Source: Dehalococcoidia bacterium (GTDB taxonomy: Bacteria > Chloroflexota > Dehalococcoidia > SM23-28-2 > RBG-16-64-32). Taken from it: a stretch of 64,000 nucleotides of DNA. Positions 31,284 through 41,104 of this stretch are shown here, in pieces. The DNA is taken from contig CAXXTF010000001.1 in the NCBI GenBank assembly GCA_963665775.2, forward strand, positions 576,001 through 640,000, read 5' to 3'. Positions within the stretch are counted from its first letter, which is position 1. Each line of letters starts with the position of its first letter. A program made the translations under genes and the position numbers. Below the pieces are notes generated by a model. The model had not been told where the DNA came from. It ran no database searches and saw only the letters and a list, made by a program, of their open reading frames with translations.

Positions 31284-32966
31284 CTAGAGCCAGCTGGAGC
31301 GGATGTCGCCATCGATGACGGCGTCAATAAGGCGGGGCTCTGCCGCGGCCTGCGCCTCGCGCACGGCGTCCCCGATCTCATCCGGGCGCTCGATGCGGAC
31401 GCCTTTGACGCCGAAGCCGGAGGCGATATCGACGAAGTCTATAGGCGGGTCGGTCAGGTCCATCGCCGTGAAGCTGCGTCCCACGGCGTTCGCGCCGAGG
31501 TAGTCGAGCATGTTGAGCTTGAGAATGCGGTAGGAGGCGTTGTTGAGGATCACCCAGGTGACGGGGATCCGGTGGTGCGCCGCTGTCCAGAGGGCCTGGA
31601 TGGTATAAAGGGCGGCTCCGTCGCCTACAACCGATAGGACGGGTCGGTCTGGCTGGGCGAGCTTGAGGCCCAGGGGTGCCGGCATGCCGGGGCCCAGGCC
31701 CCCGCCGCTGGCCCGGAACTGCGAGCCGGGCTGGGGGAAGCGCAGGTAGCGCATGACGTAGCCGCCGGCGGTGACCGACTCGTCGAACACGAGGGTGCCC
31801 GGGACGAGGGCGTCGGCCAGCTCTTTCAGCAGGCGGCCGTTGGCGATCGGCACGTTGTCCCACCTCGTGTGCGCGGCGGCGTCCAGGATTTGCATTATCT
31901 GCTCGTTCATCTTCTGTACGGTGGCGGCCCGCTCCTGGGCGGCCTGACGGTAGGCGGGCGTGAGGCGCTGCTCCAGAGCGGTCAGCAGGTCGGTTAGGGC
32001 TGACTTCGGATCGGCCAGGAGGCCCAGGTGTATGGGCCAGTTCTTGCCCAGCTCCCAGGGATCCAGGTCGATGTGCGCTATGGTCGCCTCCTCCGGAAAG
32101 GGAGATTCGTCTATGGGGAAGAGCAGCGGCAGGACGGACGTGCCGACGGCCAGGATGAGATCGGCGGAGGAGAGCTGGCCCCTGAGGCCGGGGCCGGAGA
32201 TGGCGTTCAGGAGCCCCCCGTAGAGGGGATGGTCAGAGGGGAAGGGGAGTTCGGCGGAGAAGGAGGCGTGGACACGGGCGCCGATGCTCTCGGCGAGCTG
32301 GACGAGCTCCGGCTGGGCGCCTGAGACGGCGACGCCATCACCGCAGATGATGAGGGGCGATTTGGCCTGCGCGATAAGCTCGGAGAGGCGCTCGACAGCT
32401 TCTGGGTCGGGCCGCGGCAGGGCGCTGGCGTAGGCGGCGGGAACGATCTCCACGTCGGCCTCTTCGTCCATCAGGTTCGTGGGGACGGAGAGGAAGACTG
32501 GGCCACGGGGAGGGTCCATGGCTACTTTGAACGCTCGTCGCAGGAGGAGGGGGATCTCGGCTGGGTCTTGCGCTTCGACTGCCCACTTGGTGACGGGCTG
32601 AGCCAGCCGAACGAGGTCGCCGGCCAGGATCGGCTCCTGGGAGGCGCCGCGCTGGGGGTGCTGGCCGGCGTACAGTACCAGGGGTGTGTGGGTGCGGAAG
32701 GAGTTGTAGAGCATGCCCATGGCGTTGCCCAGGCCGGGCATGATGTGGAGTTGGACGAAGGCGGGGCGGCCGCTGGCCCGAGCGTAACCGTCGGCGATGC
32801 CCAGGGCGACCCCCTCGTGCAGGGCGAGGATGTAACGCAGCTGCGGGTAGTCCTGAAGGGCGTCCATAAACGCCTGTTCCGTGCTGCCGGGGTTTCCGAA
32901 GACGTGCGTGACGCCCTCGGCGGTTAGCTGCTCGATCAGGGCCTGACGTCCGCTCAGCCTGGGCAT
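31284..32966 (-). CDS. Thiamine-diphosphate enzyme, benzoylformate decarboxylase-like
   Basis: VFGNPGSTE, LHE..A..IADGYA, GDGAALYT.QALWTAA, ILNNASY.ILK. Confidence 0.9.
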   Translation of the reverse strand: MPRLSGRQALIEQLTAEGVTHVFGNPGSTEQAFMDALQDYPQLRYILALHEGVALGIADGYARASGRPAFVQLHIMPGLGNAMGMLYNSFRTHTPLVLYAGQHPQRGASQEPILAGDLVRLAQPVTKWAVEAQDPAEIPLLLRRAFKVAMDPPRGPVFLSVPTNLMDEEADVEIVPAAYASALPRPDPEAVERLSELIAQAKSPLIICGDGVAVSGAQPELVQLAESIGARVHASFSAELPFPSDHPLYGGLLNAISGPGLRGQLSSADLILAVGTSVLPLLFPIDESPFPEEATIAHIDLDPWELGKNWPIHLGLLADPKSALTDLLTALEQRLTPAYRQAAQERAATVQKMNEQIMQILDAAAHTRWDNVPIANGRLLKELADALVPGTLVFDESVTAGGYVMRYLRFPQPGSQFRASGGGLGPGMPAPLGLKLAQPDRPVLSVVGDGAALYTIQALWTAAHHRIPVTWVILNNASYRILKLNMLDYLGANAVGRSFTAMDLTDPPIDFVDIASGFGVKGVRIERPDEIGDAVREAQAAAEPRLIDAVIDGDIRSSWL

Positions 32967-33093
32967 GGCAGGGGCTCCTTTCAGGTGAAGAGTATCACAG
33001 GGTGGGCGGTCCAGAGGCCGCGTTTTCGTCGTCTCGATGGCGGACACGGCAACCGGTCGAAGGTTGCGCACCCCTCGACCCTTCTGTTCGCTA

Positions 33094-33107
33094 TGGTGGT
33101 GCATACG
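33094..33107. repeat. att site (copy of tRNA-Glu 3' end)
   Basis: 13/14 identity to 41105-41118. Confidence 0.8.
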
Positions 33108-33159
33108 TCCGCCGTATTGCGTCCTATTTCATAGCTAAATCACGGGATATTCTTCCTGT

Positions 33160-33182
33160 CATATAACAATTCATACACCATT
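33160..33182. repeat. Putative integrase arm-type site (left)
   Basis: CATATAACAATTCATACACCATT, 18/23 identical to 40959-40981. Confidence 0.65.
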
Positions 33183-33419
33183 ACGAGTTGGTATTCTCTA
33201 GAACGCTAGGGGCCAAATTGGACGTTACTGGATTGTAGAGTGTCCGATAGATTCTCTCCTACGACGAGACAGGGATCGGAAGAGCTGGTCTCTAAGTTGG
33301 AGACCCTGAAACTGGCCATGGTGCTGCTGGAGGCTTCGGGTTGACCTTGCCCCCGAAAACAAGTCCAGGCCCAATGTTAGTAATCAGGGGTTCTGGACCA
33401 GAGAAAGGGGGCAGAAGGA

Positions 33420-33698
33420 TTGGGCAGGCAGCATCACACGGCAGAGGAGATCATCAACAAGTTGAGGGAGGCGGAGGTCGGGCTGGCTAAGGGCCTGGCT
33501 GTGCCCGAGGTCTGCAGGAAGCTGGGCGTGGCAGAGCAGACCTACTACCGCTGGCGGAAGGAGTAGGGCGGCCTGAGGAGGGAGCAGGCCAAGCGGCTGC
33601 GGGAGCTGGAGCAGGAGAACCTGCGGCTGAAGAAGCTGGTAGTCGATCTCTCCCTGGACAACGCCATCCTGAAGGAGGCGGCGCAGGGAAACTTCTGA
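33420..33698 (+). pseudogene. IS3 transposase OrfA with premature TAG at 33564
   Basis: HTAEEIINKLRE...CRKLGV.EQTYYRWRKE*GGL...RLRELEQEN.RLKKLV.DLSLD. Confidence 0.88.
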
Positions 33699-33721
33699 GC
33701 CCGGCCAAGAGACGACAGGCG

Positions 33722-34584
33722 GTGGCCTGGGTGCGGAATGCGTTGGGCCACGCGGTCATCTCGGAGCGCCGGGCCTGCCAGGCCCTGGGGCAGGAGCGAT
33801 CGACGCAGCGGCGGTGGGGTTCTCCTCCCGACGATGAAGGGAGGCTGCTGAGGCGGATGGTGGAGCTAGCGACCGAGTACGGGCGCTACGGTTACCGACG
33901 GGTAACCGCCCTGCTGCGAGAGGAGGGTTTTCGGGTGAATCACAAGCGGGTAGAGCGGCTCTGGCGGCGGGAAGGGCTGAAGGTGCGGGCGAAGCAGCCG
34001 AAGCGGAGGCGGCTATGGTTGACAGACGGCTCCTGCGTTAGGCTCAGGCCGACTGAGCCCAACCACGTCTGGAGCTACGACTTCGTGTTTACCCGCACCA
34101 GCGACGGCCGTCCCCTGCGGCTCTTGACGGTGCTGGACGAGTTCACAAGGGAGTGCCTGGCTATCCAGGTGGCGAGGCAGATCACCAGTGATGACGTGCT
34201 GGCACGCCTGGCCCAGCTCTTCGTCGAGCGCGGGACGCCTCGCTACCTGCGCTCGGACAACGGGCCAGAGTTCACGGCACGGGCGCTCCGGACCTGGCTA
34301 GAGCGGGTAGGCGTGCAGACTCTGTATATCGAGCCCGGGAGCCCCTGGGAGAACGGCTACATCGAGTCGTTCAATGGGAAGCTACGTGATGAACTATTGA
34401 ATGGGGAGGTGTTCGACACGGTGCTGGAAGCACAGGTCCTCTGCGAGCGGTGGCGACGGAACTAAACGAGGTGCGCCCGCATAGCGCTCTCGGCTACCGG
34501 CCGCCAGCACCGCAAGCGATCGTGCCATGGCCGGGCTCCACCGCGCCATCCCTGGAGACTACGGCGATGGCCACACTAACATAG
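33722..34584 (+). pseudogene. IS3 transposase OrfB (DDE), frameshifted near C-terminus
   Basis: YGYRR, WSYDF, RSDNGPEF, ENGYIESFNGKLRDE; stop at 34465, then NEVRPHSALGY continues in another frame. Confidence 0.88.
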
Positions 34585-34660
34585 CCTGTGGTAGCGTTTA
34601 GGGGGGCAGGTCACTCACCAGAGTTGCCTTGCCTTTGTGTCCGCTACTTTCTGTTGAGGA

Positions 34661-35722
34661 TCAACCCTTGCAATTGGGCGCTCCGTCCATGGTCACGGTC
34701 GGCAGGATTTCGTGGACGCGCCTCTGGGCATCATGCTCTAGGTGCCTAGCCAGTAGACGGTCAACGGTCCGCACCTTCCTCACACCAAGCACCGACGCTA
34801 CTTCATGGTCGGAAAGGCCGCTGGCCCTTAAGTAATAGGCGAAAGCCGACCTGAGTTCAGCTGCTGTCATTGCCGGCACACCTACACGAGAGCAGGCTTC
34901 CCGGACGGTATCTCGGACGGCTCGCGAAGTCAGCGGTTTGGGGTCGCACCTACCCCGTGGGAAAACGTAGCCTTCCGGTCCCACTGGCGGCTGATTGGCC
35001 AGGTGGGTTTTAAGGTGGAACATGGCGTCATTAATGATCCGTAGCCTCAACGGCCTGCCGCTTCGCCATACCTCCACCAACATTGGAGTTGGCTCATGAT
35101 CTCGGAAGAGTTGGCGGGTCTTAAGCGTCACTATTTCTCTAGGATGCAGTCCGGTGAAGCAGTGCAGGGCTAGGAGAGAGCGATTTCGGATGTCCCTGTA
35201 GTTGCTTCCGGGAAAGGCCTTCTCGACCAGTAGTTTGAGCTCTGCAGGCGATAGAGTGGGATTTCGTGGGCGTCTCCTACTCTTGGCTCCAGCGACGATC
35301 GTGCCCGCGTCATGCCACGAGCCGTTCCCCTTGGACGGCAGGAGGGCGTCAAGGGAGCTCATGAAGGCGTGGGCGTCCGGCACTTCCACGTCCGCACCGC
35401 AGAGCGCTACGAACCTGTGGGCGGCGATGAGTCTCGTGCGTCCCGCGGACGCCGATATCCAGGTTGACGGGTGGAGCAGGATGTCGCTCAGGATGCCTGG
35501 ATTCCGGAAGATTGTGGAAGGTGTAAAGTTCCTTCTCTGGGCCTCTCGGAAGAGACTTTTAAGCTGCGAGACCTCCTTCTCAACCGTTGCCCCGCTGCAG
35601 CCCTCGCTGGGTCTGCGTCTGCGGTACAGTCGAAGGAGATCCTCCGACTGGGCATCGACCGGGCTCTTGGTGTTTACAGAGCGCCGGTCTAGGGCCGCCA
35701 ACTGAAAGAGAGGCTTCTGCAT
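34661..35722 (-). CDS. Tyrosine-recombinase-fold protein lacking catalytic residues
   Basis: RNRSLLAL...TGLHPRE (R->H), TAAELRSAFA (HxxR->AxxR), VLGV, TVDRLL (no Tyr). Confidence 0.8.
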   Translation of the reverse strand: MQKPLFQLAALDRRSVNTKSPVDAQSEDLLRLYRRRRPSEGCSGATVEKEVSQLKSLFREAQRRNFTPSTIFRNPGILSDILLHPSTWISASAGRTRLIAAHRFVALCGADVEVPDAHAFMSSLDALLPSKGNGSWHDAGTIVAGAKSRRRPRNPTLSPAELKLLVEKAFPGSNYRDIRNRSLLALHCFTGLHPREIVTLKTRQLFRDHEPTPMLVEVWRSGRPLRLRIINDAMFHLKTHLANQPPVGPEGYVFPRGRCDPKPLTSRAVRDTVREACSRVGVPAMTAAELRSAFAYYLRASGLSDHEVASVLGVRKVRTVDRLLARHLEHDAQRRVHEILPTVTMDGAPNCKG

Positions 35723-36759
35723 TTATCCGGTGGTTCCCTGTTGGCTTGGCTGCTGGCCGCAGCCATCTTCTCGGCGATGCTACGCACCTGAGGTCTGATG
35801 TAGTGATCGTCCATCCGTTCCAGGCCCTGCCATCCTCCGGCCAAGGCCACTGTATATCGTGGAAGGATCGCTGCCGCCTCGCTGGCGAACGCACGCCGGA
35901 AGGCATGCAGGCGGTAGGCGCGGGTTCCGGCGGCGAGGCAGGCCTTCTGGAACGTTTGCCGAACGTTGGGGTAGGACCATTGTGCGATCCAAGTGCTTCG
36001 CCAGAGGGTGGTACTTTCGCCTCCGATGAGCTGCTCTAGCGTGCCATGGAGCCATGCCCGCTCATTGAATTCATCGATGTAGGCGAACAGAAGCCTGCGT
36101 GCGTGGGGAGTAAGTTCGATCTCGCGAGGCTGGCAACGTCCCTTGGCGTGGAGCATCAGCCGGGCAGTACCCATCGGAAGCACAACCAGATCGGCGCAGC
36201 TGGCTTCGCGGAGGGCGTTGACCCTGCTGCCACTCTCGTAGAGTATGGTGAAGAACGCCTCGTTGCGGCGTCCCTTGAAGGTCAGTGCTCGGGCGGCCTC
36301 CCGGATGATGGCGGCGACGTCATCGGGGCTCGGTGCCGGGCCGCCTCGGCGGCGCGGCGCCCCGCCGGTCAGGATGAATCGCCCACCAACGCGCAGGGCC
36401 GACCGGCGCAGTGCTACAGTGACGATCCCCAGGGGCTCTCGGCCAGTCAGTCGCCTTAGTTCCGGGCTCATGAGCCTTGCGAAGGATTGGACTGCCGAGC
36501 GGCGTTGGTCCAGCGTCCACTTCGACAGTTGACGTCCCTCACTTGATCTATCGTCTACCAACGCCTGCCCTAAAGCCTCGGGATGAAGGAACAGCGCCAT
36601 GAACCCTTCGGGGCTTGCCGCCGTCTCGGCAAGGGAATGCAGCTGGTAGACGTATGCCTGGACGGTCTTCTTGGCTGCGCCCGTCGCAACCAGCCTGCGG
36701 CGGTAATTCTCCAATTCAGCGCTGGGACGCCGGTTGGCAGTTGCTTGACGCCTCGCCAT
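35689..36759 (-). CDS. Tyrosine recombinase, catalytically complete
   Basis: RNEAFFTILYESGSR, AKG, LHAFRR, AGGW, MDDHY. Confidence 0.88.
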   Translation of the reverse strand: MARRQATANRRPSAELENYRRRLVATGAAKKTVQAYVYQLHSLAETAASPEGFMALFLHPEALGQALVDDRSSEGRQLSKWTLDQRRSAVQSFARLMSPELRRLTGREPLGIVTVALRRSALRVGGRFILTGGAPRRRGGPAPSPDDVAAIIREAARALTFKGRRNEAFFTILYESGSRVNALREASCADLVVLPMGTARLMLHAKGRCQPREIELTPHARRLLFAYIDEFNERAWLHGTLEQLIGGESTTLWRSTWIAQWSYPNVRQTFQKACLAAGTRAYRLHAFRRAFASEAAAILPRYTVALAGGWQGLERMDDHYIRPQVRSIAEKMAAASSQANREPPDKCRSLSFSWRP

Positions 36760-36815
36760 CGAACGGATTTCCACCGGCGATACGCCGGTTCCGGCAAGAG
36801 ATGGCTGAAGGGCTA

Positions 36816-37729
36816 TCAGCACCGATCCCTCCCATCCGAAACTCGCGAGCTCGGCAAGGCGCCTCCGTCCTTGAGTTGGGCCTCCAGCTCCCTGATCTGC
36901 CGGATGGCCCCTCTGTGCCTGGCCTCGAGGTCGCTGTACTTTCCCTGCCACTGGTTGATGCTGGATTGTAGACCTCGGTTGGTCTCACGCTGCCTGGTGA
37001 ACTCCTCCTCTCGCTCCAGCGTACTCCCGGTCTGGGAACGGATGAACCGCACCCGGGCCTGCAAGTCCTCGTTCCGCTCCTTTGCCAACCGAAGCTCAAA
37101 CTCAAGAGAATCCACATGGGCCGCCAATCGCTGCATCCTCGTGGGGGACTTGAGCTCGTCGCCCCGTCTCGCCTGCGTGGCGGCGGCCTTCGCGGACATC
37201 TCCACACTGGCCACCCTGTCTCCCAATCCCGCCTCCTCGGCGGCCAATTCAGCGTTGGATTTGGCCGTCCCCGAAAAGTGGCACTCGGTCCCACATTAGG
37301 TGTTTTCGCGAGGTCATCTGAGCTTTCGGAGGCATTTGGCAGACTCTTGGCTTTGGGCATCCCGGCTTTATACGAGTCCCGGCAGCGCACCACGCAGGCG
37401 GCCTTCTGGCTCGCCGTGAGATGGCGCCGCTCCGCATTGCGGGACACCACGAAGGAGATGGGAGACTCACCGCTGTACGGCTTGAAGATCAATTGGCTGG
37501 CAATGCCCAGGTCGGTTGCGGCGCGATAGCGGTGCCAGCCGTCCAGCACCATGCCGTCCAGGGTCCATATGACCGGCTCGAGCACGCCGTTCGCCTCCAT
37601 GTCGGCAACGAAACTGGAATAGTCGTCCTCGGATCTGTCGCCCCAGATGGATGACAGGTCATGCCGCTTGTCCGGCATCGCCATGTCCTCGGTAAGAAGG
37701 TCTTCATAGTCCAGGTCGAATAGAGTCAT
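36816..37729 (-). pseudogene. ParB/Srx N-terminal domain protein with coiled-coil C-terminus, split by frameshift
   Basis: DM.ANGVLEP...VLDGWHRYRAA...SRNAERRHLT.SQKA; coiled-coil half lies in a different frame opening after ~37295. Confidence 0.7.
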
Positions 37730-37946
37730 CGAAGCCCCCTGCGGCATTGGAAACTTCCGTTTATGACGCGAAACTTCCGTTCTTGGCTTAGTAGTAGTAG
37801 GCGCAATCACTAGGAAGCACTTGGCAGGGAGCAATCCGTGGTCGTGCCAGATAACGCAGCTCGATTCGCTCTGACGCCTAGGTGGTTGGGTGGAGGGCGT
37901 GGCATGCGTGATGATCATTCCAGGCTCTCTGTTGTTCATTGGCGGA

Positions 37947-38174
37947 CTACTCAACCGCTGCGGGGTCGTAGGCACGTTCCGGCGCCGCCAGCCAGCCGTC
38001 GATGTCCGCCAGCCTCCAGCCGACTGACCGGCGGCCCAGGCGCAGCGGCTTCGGGAACCGGCCCTCTGTCATCAAGGGGTAGATGGTGGCCCGGGAAAGG
38101 CCGGTAAGAGCTTCGACTTCTTGACGCCGCAAGATCCGCCGGGCCTCAATCTCTGACTTCATGAGCACCTCCAA
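37947..38174 (-). CDS. alpA: AlpA family regulator / excisionase
   Basis: RILRRQEVEALTGLSRATIY..M.EGRFPKPLRLG.RSVGW. Confidence 0.93.
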   Translation of the reverse strand: MEVLMKSEIEARRILRRQEVEALTGLSRATIYPLMTEGRFPKPLRLGRRSVGWRLADIDGWLAAPERAYDPAAVE

Positions 38175-38427
38175 GTTCCTGATCGCCTCTTCTGCCTATG
38201 ATCAGAAACCCGGTGGGTACTTGTCATGGATTGGAAAATGGCCGATTTTCTGAGCCTTTTTTGCCCCACGGGTGCGAATATCGAAGTTTATGGGGCAAAA
38301 ATGCGGCTGTCCCGAAGAGAATTAATGCCCCACGTCCTAGTCGCCAAGGATCGGGGGCGACGGTAAAGGGACGGCGAGGCCCGGTGCGGGACCCTGCGAG
38401 CTATAGGGACATGCTGTGGGGGAAGCT

Positions 38428-39717
38428 CTAGCCCAAGTAGGAATACGGGCGACGACCGCCCCGAAAATGTCGTCCTACAAGAAAGAAGGTTGGAGTGTCC
38501 GGCACACTACCATCGAATTCTTCCAAGAGGTAGTCCTCGGCCTCATCAACGTCGATGTGCTCAAGCCCACTTATGCCTCCTTGCCCCCGGAATTTGAACC
38601 ATATCCGCTTCACGGTGTAGAACGAGAGGCCCGTGGCCCGTGCAACCGCGTCGCAGGCGCTCGCCGATTGGGACGGCTCGTCATTGCGTGTTGGCTTCAT
38701 GCCTAGAGCCATGAGCTCCCGTATTGCCTTCTGGATCGTGAAGGAGCGGAAGGGGACCGTAGGTCGGCCCCTCTTCGACAATGGGCGGCTTATCCTTCGT
38801 TCCAAGGCGTCGTTTCGCCACTTCATCAGATTTGCAGGGATCTCATCGCCTTGATGCTCGACACCATAGCTTAGTCGTTCGTAGATGAGCTGAAGCGCGT
38901 CCCACCTCACTGCGTTGTTTCGTGACTCGGCAATGAGCATGCCGGGCTCTTCTAGCTTGCTTCCCCTGAAGAGCCAACCCTTTGCGAGTGCGCGCGCCGC
39001 GTCCTTCGCTGTCCGGCGAATTGACGATGCAACTTCCAGCAACGGCTTGATGATAACGACGGCTTCATCGACTGTCGGCGGCGTCTTGCTATTCTTCCAC
39101 CGGTCCCTGCATTGCGCGTATGTCCAACCTGCTTCGGACGCCTCCCACGATTCCCGCGTTGCCTCCTTGAACTCTAGCAAAGCCTGACGCCCTGCGGCGA
39201 AGTCTCCGGCCATGATTGCTTGCTCCATCCTCTCCTCGAGCTCAGGGGCTCTATACACGCAATAGATGATCAACAGGTCAAGATACGAAAGGCCGAAGAG
39301 AGAATCAGGAAAGGACGCCTGCGAAGAACGTTGGATAGAGATGGGTTCAGCGACTGTCGGCGCGATCTGATAGGTTAACCGTTGTGCTAATATTGCGGAT
39401 TCCAGCGCTCCCATAGTCGCTGCGAAGCCTGTGAAGCCTCGAATGACCGGCGCGCATTGTACTGTCAGCGCTCTTTGGGTTGTTGCAATGTGCCTAACGA
39501 GCGGGTCGAGGGTTGCATTCAGCGCTTCCATAGTCGCTGCGAAGTCTCTAAGGAATGGGGCGAGTCGTTCTGTCAGTGGTCGTTGAGTTGCTGGACCATC
39601 CGGCACCGATAGCGGTATCAACGCCTCTGCCACCGTTTTCTTACGTCCCAGCATGGCCTTAGGGGACGGGGACGGCGACGTCCACGGGCTGATCGGCTGC
39701 GTCGTCCGCTCCTTCAT
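38428..39717 (-). CDS. Hypothetical element protein with C-terminal HTH-like region
   Basis: 429-aa ORF directly after the integrase; KRGRP...SACDAVARATGLSFYTVKRIW; short internal repeat FAATM.AL. Confidence 0.65.
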   Translation of the reverse strand: MKERTTQPISPWTSPSPSPKAMLGRKKTVAEALIPLSVPDGPATQRPLTERLAPFLRDFAATMEALNATLDPLVRHIATTQRALTVQCAPVIRGFTGFAATMGALESAILAQRLTYQIAPTVAEPISIQRSSQASFPDSLFGLSYLDLLIIYCVYRAPELEERMEQAIMAGDFAAGRQALLEFKEATRESWEASEAGWTYAQCRDRWKNSKTPPTVDEAVVIIKPLLEVASSIRRTAKDAARALAKGWLFRGSKLEEPGMLIAESRNNAVRWDALQLIYERLSYGVEHQGDEIPANLMKWRNDALERRISRPLSKRGRPTVPFRSFTIQKAIRELMALGMKPTRNDEPSQSASACDAVARATGLSFYTVKRIWFKFRGQGGISGLEHIDVDEAEDYLLEEFDGSVPDTPTFFLVGRHFRGGRRPYSYLG

Positions 39718-39744
39718 GTCGTCGAACCGTCGGGCCTGCTCACA

Positions 39745-40980
39745 CTATAAGCCACGTCGCACCATCGGGACGGCTATTCCGGCCCTGTCACTCAGATACT
39801 CTGCCCACTGCGCCATGAGCCGCCGTCGCCGCTCGAACAGGTCAGACCTGGCGTAGGCAGCCTCCGTCGTGTTGGCAACCACGTGCGCAAGTGCCGCCTC
39901 CATCACCGCGTGCGGCGTGTCCGTACGCTCAGCCGCCCAATCCCGAAAGCTGGACCGAAAGCCATGGGGGACGGCATCGATGCCCAGCTTCCGCAGGAGG
40001 TTTCTGTGCGTCATGTCCGAAAGGGCCCCTCCGGATCGCGGTGCGGGGAATATCAGGATGCTCTTGCTGTCGAGACTCCTGGCCCCGTCCAGGACTTCGA
40101 GCGCCCGCCCTGACAGAGGGACGCGATGTTCGCGCCCGGCCTTCATCCGCTCAGCAGGCACGGTCCATGTCTCAGAGCCGGAGTCCACTTCCTCCCATCT
40201 TGCCTGACGCACTTCCCCGGAACGGGCAGCCGTCAGGACGAGAAACTCGAATGACAGCTTGGTGACTAGCGCAGCATACGACTCCCGGACAGATCGTAAC
40301 ACTTCTCCAACTTCTGAATATGGTACTGTCCGGTGGTGGGTGGCGATCCGGGGGCGCCGGGGCAACGCCTGGCTGATGGCCTTGCCAGCTGGGTTGTCGG
40401 TGCGGAACCCGTTTGCCACTGCCCAGTCCATGACTGCCGAGATACGCTGCTTTACTCGCCGGGCGGTCTCCGGCTTGGCTGTCCAAATCGGGGTCAACGC
40501 GGAGAGAACGTCCTGGCCGCTCACCTCATCAACAGGTAAAGCTCCAAGCCTAGGGAAAGCGTAGGCCGACAGCGTCATCTCCCATTGGTAGACGTGCTTC
40601 GCGTTGCTCCAGGTAGGACGGTGGAAGTCGATCACCTGCCTCGCCGCCTCGGCGAATGTGGGCACGGCCCGACGATGCTTCTCCGCGATCGGGTTGCCCC
40701 CCTCTCGGGCAAGCTTACGGTTCGCTATGGCCTTTTCTCTTGCCTCGTGGAGCGACACTGTGGCACAACCGCCGAGGCCCAAGTTGCGCCGCTTCCCACG
40801 TATGACGATACGCTGTACCCACCGCTTGGCTCCTGAGGGATCGACGAGGAGATAGAGTCCGTTTCCGTCAGCGTACATCCCCGGCCGCCTCTCGGTGCGC
40901 ACACGTGCTGCCGAAAGGGCATTGATCGGATGCTTGCCTTTGCTCTTAGCACCTTTAGTATATGCCAATTCATATGCCAT
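39745..40980 (-). CDS. P4-like tyrosine integrase with arm-binding domain
   Basis: YADGNGLYL.V...GAKRW, LTAARSGE, MKAGREHRVPL, HGFRSSFRDW, LAH, AAY. Confidence 0.96.
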   Translation of the reverse strand: MAYELAYTKGAKSKGKHPINALSAARVRTERRPGMYADGNGLYLLVDPSGAKRWVQRIVIRGKRRNLGLGGCATVSLHEAREKAIANRKLAREGGNPIAEKHRRAVPTFAEAARQVIDFHRPTWSNAKHVYQWEMTLSAYAFPRLGALPVDEVSGQDVLSALTPIWTAKPETARRVKQRISAVMDWAVANGFRTDNPAGKAISQALPRRPRIATHHRTVPYSEVGEVLRSVRESYAALVTKLSFEFLVLTAARSGEVRQARWEEVDSGSETWTVPAERMKAGREHRVPLSGRALEVLDGARSLDSKSILIFPAPRSGGALSDMTHRNLLRKLGIDAVPHGFRSSFRDWAAERTDTPHAVMEAALAHVVANTTEAAYARSDLFERRRRLMAQWAEYLSDRAGIAVPMVRRGL

Positions 40981-40981
40981 T
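40959..40981. repeat. Putative integrase arm-type site (right), overlapping int start
   Basis: TATATGCCAATT-CATATGCCATT tandem repeat. Confidence 0.65.
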
Positions 40982-40990
40982 TCTTATGAG

Positions 40991-41019
40991 ATTCTAGCAG
41001 AACGCATGAGCCAAGTCAA
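40991..41019 (-). promoter_or_regulatory. Integrase promoter
   Basis: TTGACT-17 nt-TAGAAT with TG extension, 10 nt before ATG. Confidence 0.65.
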
Positions 41020-41104
41020 GCCTCTTAGGGCAGTGAATCAAGACTAATTCAGGTAGAGGATGGGTGATAAGAGGATGCTCTTCAAGGAAATCGGAAGGGG
41101 ATAG

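Larger units (their letters stand above)
33342..34613 (+). mobile_element. IS3-family insertion sequence (IS407-like), inactivated
   Basis: Ends TGACCTTGCCCCC... / ...GGGGGGCAGGTCA; orfA/orfB with GGGAAAC at junction; no target duplication seen. Confidence 0.9.

Noticed and set aside
28223-33107. Second island between tRNA-Glu(TTC) and the left att
   Set aside because: Host-like GC, no mobility gene; the att matches tRNA-Glu(CTC) better and the region lies on the 5' side of the TTC tRNA
36716-37975. 419-aa ORF as a single protein
   Set aside because: Only the 37729-~37280 part is ParB-like; the flanks are read-through of non-coding or other-frame sequence
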